Positions 30,426 to 38,671 of a stretch of 64,000 nt of DNA are shown piece after piece (position 1 is the first letter of the stretch; every line of letters starts with the position of its first letter). The stretch comes from Candidatus Hydrogenedentota bacterium (GTDB lineage: Bacteria; Hydrogenedentota; Hydrogenedentia; Hydrogenedentales; SLHB01). A program made the position numbers and the translations under genes. The stretch spans positions 1 through 64,000 of the forward strand of contig CAVUWV010000003.1 in NCBI GenBank assembly GCA_963745075.1, written 5' to 3'. The notes beneath the pieces were generated by a model. That model saw nothing but the letters and a program-made list of their open reading frames with translations. It had not been told where the DNA came from and did not search any database.

Positions 30426-31574
30426 ATGACCTACCCGAACCTCGATCTCACCGGCGTGCCGACGCCGTGCTACGTGATGGACGAAGGGGCGCTGCGGCGG
30501 AACTTGGAAGTGCTCGCGAAGGTGCAGGCCGACGCGAAGTGCACCATCATTCTTGCCCTCAAAGGGTTTGCCATGTGGAGCGCCTTCCCTATTGTGAAGG
30601 AATACTTGCGCGGCACCACGGCCAGTTCTGTTAACGAAGCGCGGCTTGGGCGTGAGGAATTCGGTGGGGAAGTGCACGTCTACGCACCGGCCTACCGTGA
30701 TGACGAAATGTCGGAACTGATCCAACTCGCGGACCACATCACGTTTAACTCCTTCTCCCAGTGGCAGCGGTTCAAGCCGGTCGTCGAGAACAGCGAGAAG
30801 CGCGTCGCCTGCGGGTTGCGCATCAACCCCGAGCATTCGGAAGTCTCGGTGAAGCTCTACGATCCCTGTGCACCGGGTTCGCGGCTGGGGATGACGGCGG
30901 CGCAGTTCCAGGGGCAATCCCTCGCCGGACTTTCCGGGCTTCATTTCCACACGTTGTGCGAACTCAACAGCGACGCGCTTGAGCGGACCTTGAAGGCGGT
31001 CGAGGAAAAGTTCGGCAAATACCTCGATCAGATGGAATGGGTGAACTTCGGCGGCGGGCACCACATCACGCGCCCGGACTACGACCTCGAATTGTTGGTA
31101 TGGCTTGTCACGCGATTCCGGGAACGCTACAACGTGAAGGTCTACCTGGAACCCGGCGAGGCGATTGCGTTGAACACGGGTGTTCTGGTTGCGTCCGTGC
31201 TCGACGTGTTTAATAACGGCATGGACATCGCCATCCTCGATACCTCCGCCACCGCCCACATGCCGGACGTGCTCGAAATGCCGTACCGTCCCCAGATCAT
31301 CGGCGGCGACGAACCCGGGAAACTACAGCATACCTATCGCCTGGGCGGGTTGACCTGTCTCGCCGGGGACGTGATCGGCGACTATTCCTTCGCGCAGCCC
31401 TTGAAACCGGGGGACAAGCTCGTCTTTCTCGACATGGCCCATTACACCATGGTCAAGAATACAACCTTCAACGGCGTGCCCCTTCCTTCCATTGCGCTTT
31501 ACGATCCCGCTACCCGGCGCGGCCGCGTCGTCCGCCGCTTTGGCTACAAAGACTACAAATCGCGATTATCGTAA
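30426..31574 (+). CDS. nspC: Carboxynorspermidine decarboxylase
   Basis: TPCYV.DE, LALKGF, GLRINPE, LHFHTLCE, NFGGGHHIT, TCLAGD, YTMVK.TTFNG. Confidence 0.95.
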   Translation: MTYPNLDLTGVPTPCYVMDEGALRRNLEVLAKVQADAKCTIILALKGFAMWSAFPIVKEYLRGTTASSVNEARLGREEFGGEVHVYAPAYRDDEMSELIQLADHITFNSFSQWQRFKPVVENSEKRVACGLRINPEHSEVSVKLYDPCAPGSRLGMTAAQFQGQSLAGLSGLHFHTLCELNSDALERTLKAVEEKFGKYLDQMEWVNFGGGHHITRPDYDLELLVWLVTRFRERYNVKVYLEPGEAIALNTGVLVASVLDVFNNGMDIAILDTSATAHMPDVLEMPYRPQIIGGDEPGKLQHTYRLGGLTCLAGDVIGDYSFAQPLKPGDKLVFLDMAHYTMVKNTTFNGVPLPSIALYDPATRRGRVVRRFGYKDYKSRLS

Positions 31575-31641
31575 GACCGGAGGCTGGAGAACTGGTGAAT
31601 TCTGGGGGCCATGAGGAGGCTGTTGCTCGCGGCGACGAGGG

Positions 31642-31700
31642 ATTGGATCGGACGGATCAGTCGGATCGGACCGATCCGTCGGATCGATACCAACCGATCT
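31642..31700. repeat. 9-nt-period GGATC-core intergenic repeat
   Basis: GGATCGGAC GGATCAGTC GGATCGGAC CGATCCGTC GGATC. Confidence 0.7.
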
Positions 31701-31805
31701 GAACTCCTCCCGACTCCGGATTTCCTTGACACTAGCGCAGCGGGACACGTATAAAAGGGGAGTGCGGGGCGGGTCCGCATAGGGGTTCCTGCGGGGGGGC
31801 CTGGG

Positions 31806-32621
31806 GTGCGTATTGGAAATCTCAGCGGTTTTCTGACCACGAAAGAGCAGATCGTTCTGATCGGTATCGCTTGTGCGTTGTGCGTAGGCGGTATCACGCT
31901 GATGGTATCGCGCGCCCATACACCCGACCAGCCGCCCGCCGCCGAATCCGTCGCTCCCCGGGAAGTCGCAGCCACCGTAAACGATCCTGCACCCCTATCG
32001 CGGCCAGCCGAGCCGGCCCAAGCCGAGGCTGTTTTGAAACAGTCCGTCGTCGAGCCGTTGTCCCAACCCGTTACCGTTGCCGTGACCGGTGCGGTCGTGA
32101 CGCCCGGCGTGTATACATTGCCGCCGGACGCCCGGGTCAAGGACTTGATCGAAAAGGCTGACGGACTCGCTGACGATGCCGATGCTCGCGACATCAACAT
32201 GGCGGCGGATCTGATCGACGGCAGCACGCTCACCATCCCGGCGGGCGCTCATGCCGCCGTGGAAGGGAATACGCTGGTTATGCGTGGCGCGCCGACGCCC
32301 GCTGCGACGAATCCGCCTCAATACACCATCTCGGGCTGGCGGGCCGGATGGACACAGGTGGGCGCATCGAGCGATGAAACCCAATCGCCAAGCCGCGTCA
32401 CGCCGTCAACGAAGTCTGAGGAACGATCGATCGACATCAATCGTGCGTCGCAGTCGGAATTGGAAACCCTTCCCGGAATCGGCCCGGCCAAGGCCCAGGC
32501 GATCATTCAATACCGCGAACAACAGCCCTTTCGCACGGTGGACGAACTGGAGGAGGTCCGTGGAATCGGGCCCAAAACCCTCGAGAATCTCCGTCCGCTG
32601 GTGACCGTCGACCCTTTCTGA
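31806..32621 (+). CDS. comEA: ComEA family DNA-binding protein (TM, SLBB, HhH)
   Basis: V.GAVVTPGVY.L...ARV.DLI; IDINRA...LETLPGIGPAKA..II.YR; promoter TTGACA-18-TATAAA at 31726-31755. Confidence 0.9.
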   Translation: MRIGNLSGFLTTKEQIVLIGIACALCVGGITLMVSRAHTPDQPPAAESVAPREVAATVNDPAPLSRPAEPAQAEAVLKQSVVEPLSQPVTVAVTGAVVTPGVYTLPPDARVKDLIEKADGLADDADARDINMAADLIDGSTLTIPAGAHAAVEGNTLVMRGAPTPAATNPPQYTISGWRAGWTQVGASSDETQSPSRVTPSTKSEERSIDINRASQSELETLPGIGPAKAQAIIQYREQQPFRTVDELEEVRGIGPKTLENLRPLVTVDPF

Positions 32622-32719
32622 ATCCCGAATACGTGTTCCGGAGATCGGGTCTTGCGGGAAAAACGCTGGACACGGCGTCTGGTCTATGCCAAAATCAGAC
32701 TAGGAGGTGCGCGTACAAC

Positions 32720-33496
32720 ATGCAAGATCATCGAGCCGGGGTGGAGGATACGTTCGAGCATATCGACGCCGACGCGGTGTGCGAACAGTGCAGTACGGTC
32801 AATCCCGCGGGCACACTCCTGTGCAAAACCTGTGGGAACAACCTGCGCGACCAGCGCATACGCCGCCTGGCCTCGGACGAGGGCATCGAAATCATTCATG
32901 GTTCCGACCGCCCGCGCCGCGTGCTTACCGGTCTGTTGGTCGCCTTCGGCCTCCTGGCAATTCTGTGGACCGCGATTAATGTGTGGAACGGGAACGTCGA
33001 GAACTGGCTTACCCGAGGTATCACCGCCACCGATTCCAGTGGAAGTCTGGATCCCAACCAGTATTGGTCCGGCCCCGAGTCTGCGGTGTACACCGAGATG
33101 TCCCGCGAACTGGCGGACAACCCCATTACCGCCGACGAAGCGGCACAGTTTACGACGGGCGCGGCCGAGGAAGGCGTCGACGGCCGCTACGTTATTCTCG
33201 CCGATGGCCCGGGTTCGCGGATGGTCGGCGGCGCAATCGTTCGTACCCGGGGCAACTCCATAGAATTTGTCGCCCAAGTTGGCCGGGGAATCGAAGTGCG
33301 AGGCCGAGCGACCGTCTCGACCGACGACCAATACGAAGCGCAAGAAGTCGGGGTCGAGTGGGGCAACTCCACGCTCGACGGCTACGGCATCGCGCGACTG
33401 CAAGATGCGGGCGTTTTCACATGTGTGGGCCGGATTTCGAATGCGGAAGACAAAACCTATTCCGCCACAGCATACAAGCTGTCGAAAGAACAGTAG
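32720..33496 (+). CDS. Zinc-ribbon membrane protein, hypothetical
   Basis: CEQC...CKTCG followed by one TM helix; AGGAGG RBS. Confidence 0.75.
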   Translation: MQDHRAGVEDTFEHIDADAVCEQCSTVNPAGTLLCKTCGNNLRDQRIRRLASDEGIEIIHGSDRPRRVLTGLLVAFGLLAILWTAINVWNGNVENWLTRGITATDSSGSLDPNQYWSGPESAVYTEMSRELADNPITADEAAQFTTGAAEEGVDGRYVILADGPGSRMVGGAIVRTRGNSIEFVAQVGRGIEVRGRATVSTDDQYEAQEVGVEWGNSTLDGYGIARLQDAGVFTCVGRISNAEDKTYSATAYKLSKEQ

Positions 33497-33647
33497 CCGC
33501 CTCGCGGGCGCGTCGGGCCCCGTACGGATGCCTTCGATCACACTACCGGAACATTCGGCAACTCGTATCTATCCCGCGAAACGACACCCGTTTCGATGGA
33601 GTTGTCGCGACCACTCCCAAGGAATTGCAGACGATGAGGCCGTCGCC

Positions 33648-34133
33648 ATGAAAACGAAGCATTATCTCGCAGCGGGAGGCCTGGTGCTCGACGATCGCGC
33701 GCGTGTCTTGACCCTGGAACGCGACGTGGAGCGCCGCGGCGAGATGGTCCATGAGGTTCGATTGCCGAAAGGCCACGTCGACGACGGGGAGACCGACGAA
33801 CAGGCCGCCCTCCGAGAAACCTGCGAAGAATCCGGGTATTGCGATTTGGAGATTCTTGCCGACTTGGGGATGGGCCGGAGCGAATATATCTTCCGGGGCA
33901 CCCGGTACCTTCGTGACGAGCACTACTTCCTCATGCGGCTCCGGTCACCCGAACACCGTCCGCAAGACGTGCACCCGGATTCCGAAGAGGCCCTGTTCCG
34001 ACCGGTCTGGGCGCCGAGTCTGGAACCCTTGTGTTCTATCCTCACCTACGAAAGCGAGCGGGATTTTGCGGAGCGGGCGCTTCGGTATCTTCATTCGCAG
34101 CAGCAGCCCGAGAAGCGGACCCCAGGGGCCTAA
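33648..34133 (+). CDS. NUDIX hydrolase
   Basis: LPKGHVDDGETDEQAALRETCEESG Nudix box. Confidence 0.9.
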   Translation: MKTKHYLAAGGLVLDDRARVLTLERDVERRGEMVHEVRLPKGHVDDGETDEQAALRETCEESGYCDLEILADLGMGRSEYIFRGTRYLRDEHYFLMRLRSPEHRPQDVHPDSEEALFRPVWAPSLEPLCSILTYESERDFAERALRYLHSQQQPEKRTPGA

Positions 34134-34359
34134 TCGACCCAACGGACGGCCGAAAAGCAGGGGCATGTTCGCTCAGTCGGTTCTTTGGGTCCCGTTGGTC
34201 GGATTGGTCCCTTTCCCACCCTTCATTTTTGCACAAAAACGTACACTGCATTAAATTATTGACAAATTTGTACGTAGTCGCAGTATGGATTTCAAGGTTT
34301 TGCGGTCGTTATTTACGATAAGTCCGTAACATAGAATAGTTTTTATTGATTAATGGTTT

Positions 34360-34375
34360 TGGCACGTGAGTTGCT
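34360..34375 (+). promoter_or_regulatory. sigma54 (-24/-12) promoter
   Basis: TGGCAC-GTGAG-TTGCT exact consensus in an AT-rich intergenic region. Confidence 0.75.
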
Positions 34376-34466
34376 TTGTCAATAATTGACCGTCGCGGGA
34401 TTAGGAGACCGTCGGCGGGAGCAGTGACGAAAAAGGCACTGAACAACGACGGGAGATGAACGAGCA

Positions 34467-34619
34467 ATGACCAGCGGAATCCAGACCAAGTCACCCATCG
34501 CAGCCTGGTACCTGACGCGAATTCGGGGCCTGAAAGTCTCGTATCGCTCGCTGCAGCCCCGATACGTGGCTTTGGGATTCGTCGTTTACGCGACCACGTG
34601 GGTCATGGTACCCAGTTAA
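34467..34619 (+). CDS. Putative 50-aa small membrane protein
   Basis: MTSGIQTKSPIAAWYLTRIRGLKVSYRSLQPRYVALGFVVYATTWVMVPS; GGGAG RBS; lies between the sigma54 promoter and a terminator. Confidence 0.5.
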   Translation: MTSGIQTKSPIAAWYLTRIRGLKVSYRSLQPRYVALGFVVYATTWVMVPS

Positions 34620-34670
34620 CTTCACCCTCAATGCGCGGCGCAAGCCGCGTGTCCTCATAATCCCACCTCT

Positions 34671-34709
34671 GCCGCCGCCCTTTGCACCGGGGCGGCGGCC
34701 TCTCTTTTT
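34671..34709 (+). terminator. Intrinsic terminator
   Basis: GCCGCCGCCC / GGGCGGCGGC stem followed by CTCTCTTTTT. Confidence 0.75.
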
Positions 34710-34731
34710 GGGGGCGGTCCCGGGAGGCTTC

Positions 34732-34820
34732 ATGGACTTTATGGACGGTATGGACAGAATGGACAATCAAGCCCTCGCAAGTCCCCCGTCCATGTAGTCC
34801 ATTCCGTCCATCTCGTCCAT
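34732..34820. repeat. Inverted pair of 9-nt-period arrays, (ATGGACnnn)4 / (GTCCATnnn)4
   Basis: ATGGAC at 34732/41/50/59; GTCCAT at 34788/97/806/815. Confidence 0.85.
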
Positions 34821-34907
34821 CAAATCCGCCCCATCCCTCCGAGTCCTTGTTGTACAAATCGCCCCGTCCGGCGTTATATGAGACAGAAGCAGCCCCGGGG
34901 TGGTGGA

Positions 34908-35441
34908 ATGAACGAGACTACAAGCGATGGTCCGGATTGGATACGCGCGGCGTTAGACCGGTTTGAGCGGCCGCTGATTAGCTACGCGTACCGGTTCACC
35001 GGTGACCTTGAGACGGCACGCGACGTCGTCCAGGACACCTTCCTGAAACTGTGCCAGGCGGACGTGAACCGTCTGAACGGCCGGTTGGCGGGATGGCTGT
35101 ACACCGTGTGCCGGAACCGCGCGCTGGATGTGCGCAAGAAAGAGGCCCGTTCCGAATCCCTCCGGGAGGGTCAGGCCGAAGCCGTGGAGAGTCCCACTCC
35201 GTGGCCGAGCGCGCAGGCGGCGGCGAACGAGACGAACCGGCTGATACTGGACGCGGTTGCAACCATGCCGGACCGAAGGCAGGACGTATTTCGGCTGAAA
35301 TTTCAGGACGGACTGACCTATCGCGAAATCAGCGCGGTGACGGGGCTCCCGGTATCCACGGTGAGTTACCACGTCCACGCGGCCATGACCGATGTGTGCG
35401 AACGGCTCCGCGCCTGTTCCGATACGGCGAACGGAGCGTGA
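34908..35441 (+). CDS. ECF RNA polymerase sigma factor
   Basis: ARDVVQDTFLKL...WLYTVCRNRALD; region 4 GLTYREIS..TG....TV. Confidence 0.93.
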   Translation: MNETTSDGPDWIRAALDRFERPLISYAYRFTGDLETARDVVQDTFLKLCQADVNRLNGRLAGWLYTVCRNRALDVRKKEARSESLREGQAEAVESPTPWPSAQAAANETNRLILDAVATMPDRRQDVFRLKFQDGLTYREISAVTGLPVSTVSYHVHAAMTDVCERLRACSDTANGA

Positions 35442-35452
35442 GGAATAATCCG

Positions 35453-38428
35453 ATGAACGTAAACAAAGAAGACCCGCGATTGACGGCCTTCGCCCTCGGC
35501 GAACTGGACGGCGATGAGCGGGACGCGATTGAAAAAGCCGTCGAGGCCGACCCGGAACTCGAGGAGTGGGTGAAGGAAGTCGGCGTCGCGGCCAATCTGG
35601 CGGGATTGGCACTTCAACAGGACGACGCGCCCGGATTGACCGAAGAACAACGGGAAGCGGTTCTCGATGCGAGTGCGCATCTTGCGAAACGGCACGGTGG
35701 TGACAAATCACGGCGCAGCGTGTGGCGTGTGGCACGTGTACGTGCGATTGCGGCACTTCTGGCCGTGGCGCTTGGCGCTTACGCGGTTTGGCTGACGATT
35801 GGAAACTCCGTCGCGCCGACGCGTGATATGGCGTGGAAGGCCGACCAAGCCGAGGAACTTCATGAATGGCGCACTCTGGGCTTGAAGGATACCAGCAAGC
35901 TGGATCGGGCTGAGCCGAAGACCGTAGACGAACTGCATGGTGTGGATCCTGAGAGGCCGGATAAAGTGTACGAGCTTTCCCATCGGACCGGTGGCGCTCA
36001 GTTGAAGGTCGAAACCGCGCCGGGTAAGCCGGATGGAAGACCTGCCATCAAGACTAAAGGTGACGTCGTAGGTGACGCGGAGCAAAACGCCCAGGTCCAC
36101 GATCTGGTCCGTGCGTACGACGGGCTACCGCAACAGTTGTCACCGGGTCAGGGCGCGGCGGATGCTGACCAGTTGCAGACTCCTGCTCCATCAGCGCCCG
36201 CGACTGAAGCCGGTGTCCCGCGACCGTCCAATCTACAGAACGTTCAAGTCGGTGGCGAGATTCGGGTGCGAAAGAGGTACTACCAGGAACAGAACATAGA
36301 CCCGGCGACACTCGAACCGGTTGGCACGAAAACGTCCGCCGCGCCGACTCTGGCGAAAAAGGAAGGAGAGGCCGAGCCGATCATAGTAGAACAGCGAACA
36401 CGACTTAACGTTAAGGCAGATTTTCGCGATCAGTTGGCTGCCGCGCTTCCCCAAGGTTCTGACGACAAGGCGATCCGCTTGTGGGCTGACCCTTCTTCCG
36501 AGTCCCAGCCATCCAATGGTACTTATCAATATGGCATCGCCGGAGACGTAGTCCCGGAATCCACTGCGTTGTATTCCATGCTCGATAGGGCCAACATCCC
36601 CACGCAGCAGTCCCAACAACGTGAAGTGAACGTTGTCATCACCGATAACGGCGGAAAGCCGATTGGACTCTCCGGAGGCGGTGGCTTCGGCGGGGGTGGT
36701 GGCGGATATGGTGGTGGCGGCTACGGCGGTGGTCCCTCTGGCAGTGGTGGCTTCGGCGGGGGCGGCGGTGCAACGCCCAATCAAAATGGATCTTGGGACT
36801 ACTTCGGAGACATTTCGGGAAACGGCGGATTTAACCCGCCCCAACCTGAGCGGTTCTATCTTAGCCGCAACGAAGACAACAACTTCGCGACCAAACTGAA
36901 CTATACCCGCTTCGCGGGGCGCGCACCGGGCACGGAATCCTACGCGCCGATTCCGCAGAAGCCGCTTACGGATGTGTCGCAGGAACCGTTGTCGACCTTT
37001 TCCGTTGACGTGGACACGGCGTCGTATGCCAACGTGCGGAGGTTTCTGACACAGGGGCACCTGCCGCCGCCGGATGCCGTGCGGGTCGAGGAGATGATTA
37101 ACTATTTCGACTACGAGTACGCGCCGCCGCGCGGCGAGAATCCGATTTCCGTCGACGTGGAAATCGCGCAGTGCGTCTGGGAGACGCAACACCGTCTCGC
37201 GCGGATCGCGTTGAAGGCGCGCGAAGTGCCCATGGACGATCGCGGTCCGGCGAATCTGGTGTTTCTCATCGACGTGTCGGGTTCGATGAAGGATTCGAAC
37301 AAGCTGCCCCTGTTGAAAGAATCCATGAAGGCGCTGACGCGCCGGTTGCAGCCGCACGACCGTGTGGCGATCGTCACCTATCGCGACGCCGCGAGTATCG
37401 CCCTGTCGCCCACGACGGTTGGGGACAAGGGCACTGTGGAGGCGGCGATCAACTCCTTGCACGCAGACGGATCGACAAACGGTGCGGGCGGTCTTGACTT
37501 GGCCTACTCCGTGGCGTCGCAAAACGTCATCACCGGCGGCATCAACCGCGTGATCCTGGCGACCGACGGCGATTTCAACGTGGGCGAGACGGACAACAAG
37601 AAACTCGTCAATTTGGTGCGGACGTCCGCCGCGACGGGTGTCTTCCTGACTGTCCTCGGGTTTGGCGAAGGGAACTTGAAAGACGACCGCTTGGAAGCCT
37701 TGGCCGACAAAGGCGACGGCGCGTATCACTACATCGACAATTACAACGAGGCCACGCGCGTGCTCTGCGCGCAAGTAGACTCGACGTTGGCAACGGTCGC
37801 AAAGGACGTGAAAGTGCAAATCGAATTCAACCCGCAGCACGTGTCCGCGTACCGCTTGATCGGCTACGAGAACCGCGCCCTCGCCGCCGCTGACTTCAAC
37901 AACGACCGCAAAGACGCGGGCGAGATGGGATCGGGCGAAACCGTGACGGCGTTGTATGAATTGGTGCCGCCCGGCGTTTCGACCACGCCTGGGCGTGGAG
38001 TGGACGATCTGAAATATCAGTCCAATCCCGCGCCGCCTGCTCCGCCTTCGGATGAGATCAATCCGGAGACCATGACGGTGAAAGTCCGGTATAAGGAACC
38101 GGAAGGCGATGCGAGCCGGAAGTTCGAAGTGCCCGTCGTGGACCGCGACGAAGGCTACGATCAGTCTTCGCGCGACTACCGCTGGGCGACCGCGGTGGCC
38201 GGATTCGGGATGTTGTTGCGGCATTCTTGTGGGCCAAATCCGACTTGGGTCGATAATGACGGTAGAATCGTTTCGGAAGTCGGTGCCGGGGAACCTAACG
38301 TGCTCGGCACGCTGAGCCTGGACCAAGTGCGCGATATCGCCGAAAGCGCGAAAGGAAGCGATCCCGACGGTCGCCGCGCGGAGTTTATCAGTCTCGTCGT
38401 GGCCGCGCAGACCCTGACGAAGCAATGA
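35453..38428 (+). CDS. Anti-sigma-like TM protein fused to a VWA domain (YfbK/DUF3520 type)
   Basis: LTAFALGELD N-terminus, TM helix, Gly-rich linker, STFSVDVDTASY, DVSGSM MIDAS, LATDGDFNVG, YRLIGYENR. Confidence 0.88.
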   Translation: MNVNKEDPRLTAFALGELDGDERDAIEKAVEADPELEEWVKEVGVAANLAGLALQQDDAPGLTEEQREAVLDASAHLAKRHGGDKSRRSVWRVARVRAIAALLAVALGAYAVWLTIGNSVAPTRDMAWKADQAEELHEWRTLGLKDTSKLDRAEPKTVDELHGVDPERPDKVYELSHRTGGAQLKVETAPGKPDGRPAIKTKGDVVGDAEQNAQVHDLVRAYDGLPQQLSPGQGAADADQLQTPAPSAPATEAGVPRPSNLQNVQVGGEIRVRKRYYQEQNIDPATLEPVGTKTSAAPTLAKKEGEAEPIIVEQRTRLNVKADFRDQLAAALPQGSDDKAIRLWADPSSESQPSNGTYQYGIAGDVVPESTALYSMLDRANIPTQQSQQREVNVVITDNGGKPIGLSGGGGFGGGGGGYGGGGYGGGPSGSGGFGGGGGATPNQNGSWDYFGDISGNGGFNPPQPERFYLSRNEDNNFATKLNYTRFAGRAPGTESYAPIPQKPLTDVSQEPLSTFSVDVDTASYANVRRFLTQGHLPPPDAVRVEEMINYFDYEYAPPRGENPISVDVEIAQCVWETQHRLARIALKAREVPMDDRGPANLVFLIDVSGSMKDSNKLPLLKESMKALTRRLQPHDRVAIVTYRDAASIALSPTTVGDKGTVEAAINSLHADGSTNGAGGLDLAYSVASQNVITGGINRVILATDGDFNVGETDNKKLVNLVRTSAATGVFLTVLGFGEGNLKDDRLEALADKGDGAYHYIDNYNEATRVLCAQVDSTLATVAKDVKVQIEFNPQHVSAYRLIGYENRALAAADFNNDRKDAGEMGSGETVTALYELVPPGVSTTPGRGVDDLKYQSNPAPPAPPSDEINPETMTVKVRYKEPEGDASRKFEVPVVDRDEGYDQSSRDYRWATAVAGFGMLLRHSCGPNPTWVDNDGRIVSEVGAGEPNVLGTLSLDQVRDIAESAKGSDPDGRRAEFISLVVAAQTLTKQ

Positions 38429-38483
38429 GATACTGAAGACCTCACCCTTCACCCAATCCTCGTTGGTGCAACGCCCGAGCGCA

Positions 38484-38512
38484 GCAGGCGGCCCTCACCC
38501 AGGGGCCGCCTG
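38484..38512 (+). terminator. Hairpin/terminator after the VWA gene
   Basis: CAGGCGGCCC-loop-GGGCCGCCTG followed by TTGTTG. Confidence 0.5.
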
Positions 38513-38522
38513 TTGTTGTGTT

Positions 38523-38595
38523 GACCGATCGGACGGATCCGACCGATCGGTCTCGTCGGTGCAATCTGATTGGGCATCGCATGATTGGGCATCGC
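38523..38595. repeat. GATC-core near-palindrome plus 15-bp direct tandem repeat
   Basis: GACCGATCGGACGGATCCGACCGATCGGTC (38523-38552); TGATTGGGCATCGC twice (38567, 38582). Confidence 0.7.
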
Positions 38596-38671
38596 CCTTT
38601 CCAAATCGCGTCCCAACCCGTATACTGATTTCGCTTTTCCGCAATGGAAACCTGCTGCAAGGGAGCGAATC

